DNA from: Acidobacteriota bacterium
GTDB taxonomy: Bacteria > Acidobacteriota > UBA890 > WLXD01
DNA: 64,000 nucleotides
Reading direction: 5' to 3'
Assembly (NCBI GenBank): GCA_012103255.1
Contig: WLXD01000004.1
Coordinates: forward strand, 398,460-462,459
Part shown: positions 40,887 through 50,139 of the stretch, in pieces
Position numbering within the stretch: the stretch's first letter is position 1
Layout of the letters: every line of letters begins with the position of its first letter
The notes under the pieces: model-generated
Seen by the model: only the letters and a program-made list of their open reading frames with translations
Databases searched by the model: none
What the model was told of the DNA's origin: nothing
Position numbers and translations under genes: made by a program

Positions 40887-41231
40887 CTACGCCGTATCCA
40901 TCACGCGACCGACCGCCTGACTGAAACGATCCCACCGCGCGCTTGCGGCCCCGAGCTGCTGGCGTCCTTCGTCCGTGAGGGCGTAGAACTTCGCACGGCG
41001 ATTGTTCTCGCTCCTTCCCCATTCGGCGGCGATCCAACCGCGACGCTGCATCCGATACAACGCTGGATACATCGAGCCTTCATCCACGGCCAGCACCTCT
41101 TCGGAGCGCGCCCGGAGAGCTTCGGTAATTCCGAAGCCGTGCATGGCGCCCTCGTCGAGAGTTCGCAGGATCAGCATCTCGAGAGCCCCGCGCAACAGGT
41201 CGCCGCGTTCGCTCGTTTCTTTGTCGTTCAT
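40887..41231 (-). CDS. PadR family transcriptional regulator (acidobacterial type)
   Basis: DLLRGALEMLILRTL..MHGFGI..VDEGSMYPALYR..WGRSENNRRAKFY. Confidence 0.95.
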   Translation of the reverse strand: MNDKETSERGDLLRGALEMLILRTLDEGAMHGFGITEALRARSEEVLAVDEGSMYPALYRMQRRGWIAAEWGRSENNRRAKFYALTDEGRQQLGAASARWDRFSQAVGRVMDTA

Positions 41232-41241
41232 CTTGCCTACC

Positions 41242-41300
41242 TCGTTCCCTTGGCTTGTCTAGGGAACGATAAGTCCCCTTCCTTAGACAGTCAAGGGGAA
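41242..41300 (-). promoter_or_regulatory. sigma70-type promoter of padR flanked by two palindromic operator boxes
   Basis: Minus strand TTGACT (41294-41289) -17 bp- TATCGT (41271-41266). Boxes: TCGTTCCCTAGACAAGCCAAGGGAACGA (41269-41242) and TTCCTTAGACAGTCAAGGGGAA (41279-41300). Confidence 0.75.
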
Positions 41301-41397
41301 TGGTTAGGGCTCCCTTTCGTGCGACGCGAAACATCGCGATGCTGCCGCCGTATTGCCCAGGACGGCCATCGACCCGCTTCCGACCGAGGACCTGCTC

Positions 41398-43874
41398 ATG
41401 GACACCCTGCTCCGCGATCTTCAGTACGCCTTCCGCACGCTGCGGAACTCCCCGGGCTTTACCGCGGTCGCAGTGTTGACGCTGGCTCTCGGAATCGGGG
41501 TCAACGCCACGATCTTCAGCATCGTGAACGCGGTCCTTCTCAAGCCACTGCCGGTGAGCAACCCGGCCGAACTCGTCGACATCTACAGCCAGCCGTCGAA
41601 CTTCCCCGACGAATACGGGACGACGTCGTGGCTGGACTACATGGAGTACCGCGAACAGTCCGAATCTCTCTCGGACATCGTCGCGTACACGAATTTCTTC
41701 GGGAGCTTCGCGCGCGAGGGCCGCTCGGAGCTGGTCGTCGGCGAGATCGTCTCAGACAACTATTTCGACGGGCTGGGCGTGCCTCCGGAACTCGGCAGAA
41801 CGTTCCGCCACGAGGAATTTGAGACACAGCAGACGCATCCGGTGACGGTGCTCAGCCATGGCTTCTGGCAGAGCCGCTTCGGGGTGGTGACGCCGACGTG
41901 GTCGGCCAGTCCATGAAACTGAACGGCGTGGACTACACCGTCATCGGTGTGGCGCCGGCCAGCTTCAATGGGATGCTGCCGGCAGTGCGTGCGCAGATGT
42001 GGGTCCCGGCGATGATGGTCGAGGACGTTGAGCCGCTCGGCAACCAACGCTACACGGGCGGCACGGGCGCAAATCGGATCGAACGTCGCGGGCAGCGCTG
42101 GCTCTGGATGCGCGGTCGACGGGCGCCCGGGATCGAGCCGGAGCAGGTGCAAGCTGATCTCGATGGGATCTCGGCGCGACTGCGCGAGGAATACCCTGAC
42201 TCCAACGAACTCGAACAACTCGTCGTTCGCGAGACAAGCGGGATCGTGATCAACCCAGGCTTCGACGGCATCCTGTCGGGAGCGGGCGCCCTGATTCTCG
42301 GCGTCGTGTCGTTGGTACTTCTCGTCGCTTGCGCCAATCTGGCCAACATGTTGCTCGCACGGGCAGCCGCGCGAAAACGCGAGATCGCGATTCGGCTGGC
42401 CATCGGCGCGGGCCGCAGTCGCCTGCTGCGCCAGATGCTCACCGAGAGTTTGACTCTGGCCATTGCTGGCGGCGCCGCGGGCTTGCTCCTGGCGACCTGG
42501 TTGATCCAGCTCATCGCGGCGTACCAGCCGCCATTGCCGATTGCCATCGACGCCGACTTCAGCCTCGACTGGCGCGTGTTCGCCTTCACGATGCTCGCCT
42601 CGGCGGTCACCGGAATCGCATTCGGGTTGGTACCTGCCCTCCGTTCCTCACGCCCGGATCTCGTCCCGGCGCTGAAGGACGCCAGCGGTGCCGACCTCGA
42701 CGGCCGCGGCCTCACCCTCCGCGACGTCCTCGTCGTCGTTCAGGTGTCCGTCTCGATCGTGCTTCTCGTCGCGGGCGCACTGCTCGTGCGCAGCCTAGGC
42801 GCAGCGCAGCAAATCGATCTCGGCTACGACATGAACCGCATCAACTTCGTCAGCATCGCCATGGAGATGAACGGCTACGACGAGGCCAACAGCGAAGCCT
42901 TCTTCTCTGAATCCAAGGCGCGGCTGGAAGCGCTGCCCGGTGTCGAGGGCGTGACTCTGATGTCTCGCGTGCCGCTATCGGTCAACGACAACAACTGGGG
43001 CGTCGTGCTCGACGGGCACCAGACATCATCAGCCGACACGCCGTACCTCACGGGCGGTGCATCGGTGGACGAGCACTACTTCGACACGCTCGGCCTCGAG
43101 ATTCTGAATGGCCGCGGAGTGGAAACCACCGACGCAATCGACCAGACACGGGTTGTCGTGGTGACCCAGGCCTTCGCGAGCCGCTACTTCGACGGCGGTA
43201 ACGCTGTTGGCGAGCAATTGCGCACAGGGTGGGAAGCGGAGCCCTACGAGATCGTTGGCGTCGTGGAGGACTATCGGGTCAACACCCCGGGCGAGGAGCC
43301 CACCCCGTACCTGCACTTTCCGCTCCGTCGCAACACGGTGTTCGGCAACTTCATGGTGCGAACGACGGCCGCCGCCGAAACGCAAACGCTCGCGATCGAG
43401 CGAGAGATTCGTGGGATCGACCCGCAGATCGTTTTCCTCGACGCCGGGCCGATGACGAAGCTGGCCGAGACTCGACTCTTTGCAGTGAAGCTGGGCGCCT
43501 GGCTGATTGGCGCCTTCGGCGCGCTGGCGTTGCTGCTGGCGGCGGTCGGCCTCTACGGAGTTATCGGCTACTCGGTGAGCCGGCGCACCCGCGAGATCGG
43601 GATCCGAATGGCGCTGGGTGCAGAGAAGGGACGCGTCGTCTCGCTCATCCTGAAGCAGGGGCTCACCCTGGTTCTGGTGGGCGGTGCTGTTGGTGCCGCA
43701 CTCGCAGGCCTCACCGGCCGCTTCCTGTCGAGCGTCCTCTACGTAAGCCCGCTCGATCCCGTTGCGTTCGCGATGGCCCTCGGAGTTCTTGTCGCGGTCG
43801 CCGCCTTTGCCAACTGGGTACCCGCAAGGCGAGCAGCGAAGGTCGACCCGATGATTTCGCTACGCGGCGAGTAG
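41398..43874 (+). pseudogene. ADOP-type permease interrupted by a frameshift at about 41881-41888 (pseudogene or sequencing error)
   Basis: [15 protein letters not shown]...FWQSRFG in one frame continues as [14 protein letters not shown] in another. There are 8 nt (GGGGTGGT) between TTC and GAC where 6 are expected. Confidence 0.8.
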
Positions 43875-43888
43875 CCGGGCTCGAGAGC

Positions 43889-45421
43889 TCAGATCTCTTT
43901 CAGCGCGGCGCGGCTGATCTTGCCGAGGTGTGTGCGCGGGAACTCGTCGAGAAACTCGATGAGGCGAGGGGCCTTGTAGAACTCGAGTGTCTCGGCGACG
44001 TGTTGGCGCAACTCGTCAGCGAGCGCGTCGCTGGGTTCGGCGTCTTCCGCGAGAACGGCGAAGGCCTTCGGTTTGACCAATCCATCGAGAGTCACTCCCA
44101 CCACGGCGACCTCGCGCACAGCATCGTGCTGCAGAAGGCAGTTCTCGACCTCACTGGGCGCAAACCACTTGCCCGACACCTTGAGCATGTCATCGCCGCG
44201 GCCGCAGTAGACGAACGCGCCGTCCGCGTCCCGCATGACCATGTCACCCGAGACGTACCAGTCGCCCCGGAAGGCGTCCATGGTGCGCTCCATCTTCTGC
44301 CAGTAGCCGATGGCACGGGAATTTCCACGCACCCATAGCGTGCCGATCTCGCCGTCGGCCAGGTCGTTGCCGTCGTCGTCGCGCACGCGCACATCAAACC
44401 CAGGCACCTCCCATCCGAGCGTTCCCGGCTTCACACGGTCCGGAGTGTTGCTCACGAAGATGTGCCACTGCTCGGCCGTGCCAAGTCCGTCGAGCAGCTC
44501 AACTCCGTACGTCGCCTTCCAACGGTCGTAGAGCTCCACCGGCAGCGCCTCACCGGCCGAGGTGGCGAAGCGAAGACTCGAAAGGTCACGACCGGCAGCG
44601 GTTTCGTCGGCGAGCATCTTGTTCACTAGCGTCGGGACGTTGATCAAGATCGTGGGGCGGTGCCGCTCGATCTGATCGCAGAGCACCTCGGGCGTACAAC
44701 GTCCCCCGTAGAGCACAGCACTGCCGCCGACCGACAACGGAAAGAGCAGGTTGCTCCCGGTGGCGTAGCCGAAGAAGAGCTTTGGTACCGAAATCGTAAT
44801 GTCGGCCTCGGTGTAGCCCAGCGCATTCTGTGCGTAGAGGACCGTCGTGTTCACGAAGGAGTTGTGGCTTTGCACGACGGCCTTCGGCTTGCCGGTCGTG
44901 CCTCCCGAGAACAGCCAGATTGCAGCGTCGTCTCGATGACTCGGAAACGTCTCGAATTCGGCGCCAGCAGATCCGCGGCTGCTCTCGAAGTCGCCGCTGC
45001 CGACCACCAGGAGCTCCTCGAGGTGCGGCACGTTCGCCGCGGCCGCACGGAAAGCAGGTTCCGCTTCCGCATCGACAACCGCCGCTGCGGCCCGCGTGTA
45101 TCCGAGGAAGTACTCGATCGCTTCCCGTTTCAGCTGCGGGTTAACCATCACCACGACCGCCCCGGCCTTGAGGATGCCGAAGAAGGTCGCGACCCAGTCC
45201 ACCGAATCGTCCATCGCGATGACAACGCGCTGTTCGGGCTTCACCCCCGCATCGCGCAACACGTTCGCCATCCGATTCGCCGCGACATCGAGGTCAGCGT
45301 AGGACGTCGTGCCAGCGTCGGTGCGTAGCGCCACGCGATCGCCTCTGCCTTCGCGGATATGCCGGGTGACGCACCAGTCGGCGAGATTGAGGCCTTCGGG
45401 AATTTCTACGGAGTTGCTCAT
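43889..45421 (-). CDS. Benzoate/2-aminobenzoate-CoA ligase family (AbmG-like)
   Basis: WLFSGGTTGKPKAV, KLFFGYATGS, SAGEALP, DGLGTAE, GRGDDMLKVSG. Divergent from the abm-like operon. Confidence 0.9.
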   Translation of the reverse strand: MSNSVEIPEGLNLADWCVTRHIREGRGDRVALRTDAGTTSYADLDVAANRMANVLRDAGVKPEQRVVIAMDDSVDWVATFFGILKAGAVVVMVNPQLKREAIEYFLGYTRAAAAVVDAEAEPAFRAAAANVPHLEELLVVGSGDFESSRGSAGAEFETFPSHRDDAAIWLFSGGTTGKPKAVVQSHNSFVNTTVLYAQNALGYTEADITISVPKLFFGYATGSNLLFPLSVGGSAVLYGGRCTPEVLCDQIERHRPTILINVPTLVNKMLADETAAGRDLSSLRFATSAGEALPVELYDRWKATYGVELLDGLGTAEQWHIFVSNTPDRVKPGTLGWEVPGFDVRVRDDDGNDLADGEIGTLWVRGNSRAIGYWQKMERTMDAFRGDWYVSGDMVMRDADGAFVYCGRGDDMLKVSGKWFAPSEVENCLLQHDAVREVAVVGVTLDGLVKPKAFAVLAEDAEPSDALADELRQHVAETLEFYKAPRLIEFLDEFPRTHLGKISRAALKEI

Positions 45422-45481
45422 GGGTCGGGAAGATACGGCCGCGCACGCCGGGGTGGCAAGCGCGGACCTATAATCGGCGCC

Positions 45482-46246
45482 ATGTCGATCAAACACTTTG
45501 ACGAGATGACGTGGCCCGAAGTCGAGGCGCTCGACCGTGAGCGCGTCATACCGCTCCTCCCTACCGGCGCCATCGAGGCACACGGTCCGCACCTGCCGCT
45601 CAACACCGATGTGATCATCGCGCAGGCGATGGTGGAGTCCGCCGCGGAGCTGCTCTTACATGACGGGCTGCAACCGCTCATCATGCCGGCAATCAGCTAC
45701 ACCGCCGCTGGTTTCGCCAGCTCCTTCGCCGGAACCATCTCGCCCACGCCGGGTGCCGTACGTGGCGCCATCGTGGGCATCGGTCGGAGTCTGGGACGCC
45801 ACGGTTTCCCGCGGCTCGCGGTGGCCAACTCCCACCTCGACCCCCTCCACCTCGCGTCGATCCGGGCGGCGATCGACGTACTGGACGACGCCATCGAGGT
45901 GATCTTCCCGAATATCACCAAGAAGCCGTGGGCGTTGCGTCTCAGCGATGAATTCAAGAGTGGCGCATGCCACGCCGGGCAATACGAGACATCCGTCGTG
46001 ATGGCTGCGCGGCCGGATCTGGTGCGCGAAGATAAGCGCACCGACCTGGAGCCCGTGCCGATTTCGATCTCGGAAGCCATCCAGGCTGGCAAAACGTCGT
46101 TTGTGGCGGCCGGAGGCGATCAGGCTTACTTCGGCTATCCAGCCGAAGCGAGTGCGGAAGAAGGAGCGGCGACCGTGAAGATACTTGGCGAGATCCTGCG
46201 AGACGCAGTGAAGGAAGCGCTGGAGCCCGGGGCACCGGAAGCATGA
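45482..46246 (+). CDS. Creatininase/creatinine amidohydrolase family protein
   Basis: MTWPEV, GAIEAHGPHLPLNTD, NSH, HAGQYETS, GYPAEASAEEG. Confidence 0.9.
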   Translation: MSIKHFDEMTWPEVEALDRERVIPLLPTGAIEAHGPHLPLNTDVIIAQAMVESAAELLLHDGLQPLIMPAISYTAAGFASSFAGTISPTPGAVRGAIVGIGRSLGRHGFPRLAVANSHLDPLHLASIRAAIDVLDDAIEVIFPNITKKPWALRLSDEFKSGACHAGQYETSVVMAARPDLVREDKRTDLEPVPISISEAIQAGKTSFVAAGGDQAYFGYPAEASAEEGAATVKILGEILRDAVKEALEPGAPEA

Positions 46247-47028
46247 CGGCCCGACCGCTCGCTGGACGCCGCGCGGTGATTACCGGTGGCGCACGCGGCA
46301 TCGGCGCCGCAATCACCCGCGCCCTGGCAGCCGACGGCGCAGACGTCCTCGCGTGCGGCCGCAACGAGGATGCGCTGCGCGAACTGGCCGACTCCCTCGA
46401 GGGCGCCGGGGTCGAGGTACACACCGCGACATGCGATGTCGCTGATCCCGACAGCATCACAATGATGGCCACGCTGGCCGGCGAACATCTCGGACACGTG
46501 GACATCCTGGTCAACAACGCGGGCTGCGCACACTCGGCGCCCTTGCATCATCAGACTCTCGAGGACTGGAACCGGCTGTTCGCAGTCAATGCGACCGGCA
46601 CCTTCCTCTGCACGAAGGCCTTCGCTCCGGCAATGGCGCAGCAGGGGTGGGGGCGAGTGATCAACATTGCGTCGGTGGCGGCGCGCACAGGGCTTCGCTA
46701 CGTGTCCGCATACTCCGCGGCTAAACACGCGGTGATGGGTTTCACCCGCTCCATCGCAGCCGAGATGGCCGACCGTGGCGTAACTGCCAACGCGATCTGC
46801 CCGGGCTATGTGGACACCGACATGACTGAACAGACCCTTGCGCGCATCGTCGAGAAGACCGGCATGAGCAGGGACGAGGCGTTGGCTTCGATTCTTCAGA
46901 CCACCCCGCAACGACGGCTGATCACCCCGGAGGAGGTCGCTCATATCGCGGCCATGCTCTGCGGCGAGAACGCGCGCGGCATCAACGGCCAGGCCATCGG
47001 TATGGACGGCGGAGAGTTCCTGGGATGA
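46243..47028 (+). CDS. SDR family oxidoreductase (AbmB-like 3-hydroxyacyl-CoA dehydrogenase)
   Basis: TGGARGIG, NNAG, YSAAKH, CPGYVDTDM, PQRRLI. Confidence 0.9.
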   Translation: MTARPLAGRRAVITGGARGIGAAITRALAADGADVLACGRNEDALRELADSLEGAGVEVHTATCDVADPDSITMMATLAGEHLGHVDILVNNAGCAHSAPLHHQTLEDWNRLFAVNATGTFLCTKAFAPAMAQQGWGRVINIASVAARTGLRYVSAYSAAKHAVMGFTRSIAAEMADRGVTANAICPGYVDTDMTEQTLARIVEKTGMSRDEALASILQTTPQRRLITPEEVAHIAAMLCGENARGINGQAIGMDGGEFLG

Positions 47029-47462
47029 CCTACGAGATCTTCAACCCCGAGCAACTTGGTCCCGCCAAGGGCTGGAACAACGCGATGCTAGCTCCCGCTG
47101 GCGGCCGCGTGCTCTTCATCGCGGGTCAGACGGCTCGAGCCGCCGACGGTCAGGTGCCCGACGTCGGCTTCGTCGAACAGTTCGCGCTGGCGTTGGACAA
47201 CGTGATGGCTGCCCTGGAGGCGGCGGGTGGAAAGCCGGAACATGTGGGTCGCATGACGGTATTCGTCACGGACGTCGGGGCCTACAGGGAAAGCCTCAAA
47301 GAACTTGGCGACGTGTGGCGACCTCGGATGGGGCGCAATTACCCCGCAATGGCCCTGCTCGGCGTGACCGAACTCGTGGACCACAACGCCATGGTGGAGA
47401 TCGAAACGACGGCTGTGATTCCCCCGACCATGCACGCCGATGACGCGCCCGTGATGGCCTGA
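47025..47462 (+). CDS. RidA/YjgF family protein (AbmF-like)
   Basis: LFIAGQ, GRNYPAMALLGV..VEIE. Confidence 0.92.
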   Translation: MTYEIFNPEQLGPAKGWNNAMLAPAGGRVLFIAGQTARAADGQVPDVGFVEQFALALDNVMAALEAAGGKPEHVGRMTVFVTDVGAYRESLKELGDVWRPRMGRNYPAMALLGVTELVDHNAMVEIETTAVIPPTMHADDAPVMA

Positions 47463-47464
47463 CG

Positions 47465-48313
47465 ATGCCGGTCAACCCGCAGAGCTTTCTCTACACGTTC
47501 GACGCGACCACCGGAGTGGCCACGATTGTTCTGAATCGACCGCAGCGCATGAACGCGCTCACCTTCCAGGTGTACGGCGAACTCGGAGAAGTCTTCCGCG
47601 ATCTCGCCGACGAACCCGGTGTGCGGGCGATAGTCCTCACCGGCCAGGGCAAGGCATTCTGCACGGGCGGCGATGTGCACGACATCATCGGCGCCCTGTT
47701 CGAGCGCGACGCCGATGGTCTCTACGAATTCACGCGCATGACCTGTGACGTCATCGAGGCGATGCGCGCCTGCCCGCAGCCAATCATCGCGGCTCTGAAC
47801 GGTACGGTCGCGGGAGCAGGCGCAGTCCTGGCCACGGCCGCGGATCTCCGCGTCGCCGCCGAGTCCGCCCGGATCGCCTACCTGTTCACGAAGGTGGGCC
47901 TGTCGGGCGCCGACATGGGGATGTGCTGGCTGCTCCCGCGGATTGTCGGATTCGGCCGCGCCACTGAACTCCTGATGACCGGCGACTTCATCACGGCCGC
48001 CGAGGCCGAGACGATCGGGCTGTACAACCGCGTCGTGGCTGACGAGAACGTGCTCGAAGTCGCGCTGAATCTCGCCGAACAACTTGCCCAAGGGCCGGCC
48101 TACGGGATCGGGGTTACCAAGCGCCAGCTCGACGAGGAAGCCGACATGACCTTCGTGGACGCGCTCGATCGCGAGGCCCGCGTGCAGGCCGACTGCATGC
48201 GTAGCGCAGACTTTCGCGAGGCCTACGACGCCTTCGTGGAAAAGCGCGAAGCCCGCTTCAACACTGCCGACGGCGACCCGGCGGTGCCGCCGAGCGACGG
48301 AGCCTCCTCATGA
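47465..48313 (+). CDS. Enoyl-CoA hydratase family protein (AbmC-like)
   Basis: AFCTGGDVHDII, NGTVAGAG, VGLSGADMG, LLPRIVG. Confidence 0.92.
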   Translation: MPVNPQSFLYTFDATTGVATIVLNRPQRMNALTFQVYGELGEVFRDLADEPGVRAIVLTGQGKAFCTGGDVHDIIGALFERDADGLYEFTRMTCDVIEAMRACPQPIIAALNGTVAGAGAVLATAADLRVAAESARIAYLFTKVGLSGADMGMCWLLPRIVGFGRATELLMTGDFITAAEAETIGLYNRVVADENVLEVALNLAEQLAQGPAYGIGVTKRQLDEEADMTFVDALDREARVQADCMRSADFREAYDAFVEKREARFNTADGDPAVPPSDGASS

Positions 48314-49464
48314 GTCAAGTGGCTGAGATCCGCGCGTTTCTCGACCCGGCGCACACGGAGTTTGCCGAACGCTGCGGTGCCTACTGTCGAGAGGAGCTCC
48401 GCGCTCTCCCGGAGCCGCACGACGACGACGCGGCGCGGGTGCAGGCGCGCGAGGTTCTCGACTGGATGGGTCACGCAGGATGGTTCGGCCCTATCGCGGA
48501 AGGCGACCTACGCGAACTGTGCCTCCTCCGCGAGGCTGTCGCCTCGGCCTCGCCGCTGGCGGACGCCGTTGTCGCACTCCAGGGGCTCTCGATCACCCCA
48601 CTTCTGCTGGCTGAGAACGAGGCGATGCGCAGCACCTGGTTGCAGCCGGCGCTGCAGGGCGCGGCAATGGGAGCGTTTGCTCTCACCGAGGCCGAAGCGG
48701 GCTCCGACGTGGCGGCGATCGCCACCACCGCGGTGCGCCACGATGACGTCTATGTCCTCAACGGCGAGAAGACCTTCATCTCGAATGCCGGTATCGCCGA
48801 CTTCTACATCGTCTTCGCAACCACCGATCCCAGCGCTGGAACGCGTGGATTGACCGCCTTCGTTGTCGGCGCGGCGACGCCGGGCTTCGAGTTCGTCGCG
48901 CCGCAGGTCCTGAGTTCGCCCCACCCGCTGGGTACGGTGGCGTTCCGCGACTGCGCGGTGCCCTCCGCGTGCCGACTCGGGGACGAAGGTCAGGGCTTCA
49001 AGCTCGGCATGATGACGCTCGACAAGCTGCGCGTCTCGGTCGGCGCCGCTGCCTGCGGCATGGCCGCGCGCGCACTCGAAGAATCGCTGGCTCACGTCGC
49101 GGCGCGCGAGCAGTTCGGCAAGCCGCTCGCTGAGTACCAACTCGTGCAGGACAAGCTCGCGCGGATGTACGTGGAACTCGCGGCATCGCGCCTGCTCGTA
49201 TATCGCGCGGCCTGGGAAAAGGACCAGGGCGCCGAACGTCTCACGCTCGAGGCAGCCACCGCGAAAGTCGGCGCCACCGAAGCCGCGCAGCGGATCATCG
49301 ATCATGGCGTCCAGCTGCTTGGCGGACGCGGTGTTCTCGCCAACAACGTGGTCGACCGCATGTACCGCAGTATCCGCGCGCTGCGGATCTACGAAGGCAC
49401 CAGCGAGATCCAGCACATCATCATCGCCCGGCAACTACTCGCCGCGGCACAGCAGGAGGCCTGA
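48310..49464 (+). CDS. Acyl-CoA dehydrogenase (AbmD-like)
   Basis: [44 protein letters not shown]. Confidence 0.93.
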   Translation: MSQVAEIRAFLDPAHTEFAERCGAYCREELRALPEPHDDDAARVQAREVLDWMGHAGWFGPIAEGDLRELCLLREAVASASPLADAVVALQGLSITPLLLAENEAMRSTWLQPALQGAAMGAFALTEAEAGSDVAAIATTAVRHDDVYVLNGEKTFISNAGIADFYIVFATTDPSAGTRGLTAFVVGAATPGFEFVAPQVLSSPHPLGTVAFRDCAVPSACRLGDEGQGFKLGMMTLDKLRVSVGAAACGMAARALEESLAHVAAREQFGKPLAEYQLVQDKLARMYVELAASRLLVYRAAWEKDQGAERLTLEAATAKVGATEAAQRIIDHGVQLLGGRGVLANNVVDRMYRSIRALRIYEGTSEIQHIIIARQLLAAAQQEA

Positions 49465-49467
49465 ACC

Positions 49468-50136
49468 ATGAGCGACGACGTCAAGATCAAGGTTATCGAG
49501 AACGGTCCGCTCCGGGTCAGCGGGGCAGGCCTCTGTCGCATCGGCATCGAAACGAACGAACACTCTCGACCCACCGACTACGGCGCGGAGCGCGATCAGG
49601 ATCACGCAGAGGCCTACTCGCTGTGCCGTTGCGGCGCATCGAGCAAGAAGCCATTCTGCGACGGCACCCACAAGAGCATCGAATGGGATCCGGCCGAAAC
49701 CGCCGACCGTCGGCCAACCGCAGAGCGGCAATGGAAGGTCGCCGGCGATGGGTTCGAGGTGTCCGACGACAAGGCGCTGTGCTGGCACGCAGGCTTCTGC
49801 GTGCGTGAGTTCGGCCATGTGTGGGATCTGACCCCCGCCGCGGAGACGGACGAGGACAAGGCACAGATCAAACAGATGGTGCAGGCGTGTCCGAGCAGTC
49901 GCCTGCAATACCGTGAGCCGGCCGACAGCGAGGCGATCGAGCCCGAGCTGAAGCCACAGATCGCGACCATCGACGATGGTCCGTTCTATGTGCAGGGCGG
50001 AATTCAGATCGAAGCCGCGGACGGCCATCAGTACGAACGCCTCAATCGCGTCAGCCTGTGCCGTTGCGGACTCTCCGAGAACAAGCCGTACTGTGACGGC
50101 GCGCACTCCAAAGCGGACTTCAAGGACGCCGGGTAG
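49468..50136 (+). CDS. CDGSH iron-sulfur protein (CDGSH - Fer4_19/DUF1271-like - CDGSH)
   Basis: LCRCGASSKKPFCDGTH, CWHAGFC...ACPS, LCRCGLSENKPYCDGAH. Confidence 0.92.
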   Translation: MSDDVKIKVIENGPLRVSGAGLCRIGIETNEHSRPTDYGAERDQDHAEAYSLCRCGASSKKPFCDGTHKSIEWDPAETADRRPTAERQWKVAGDGFEVSDDKALCWHAGFCVREFGHVWDLTPAAETDEDKAQIKQMVQACPSSRLQYREPADSEAIEPELKPQIATIDDGPFYVQGGIQIEAADGHQYERLNRVSLCRCGLSENKPYCDGAHSKADFKDAG

Positions 50137-50139
50137 TAC

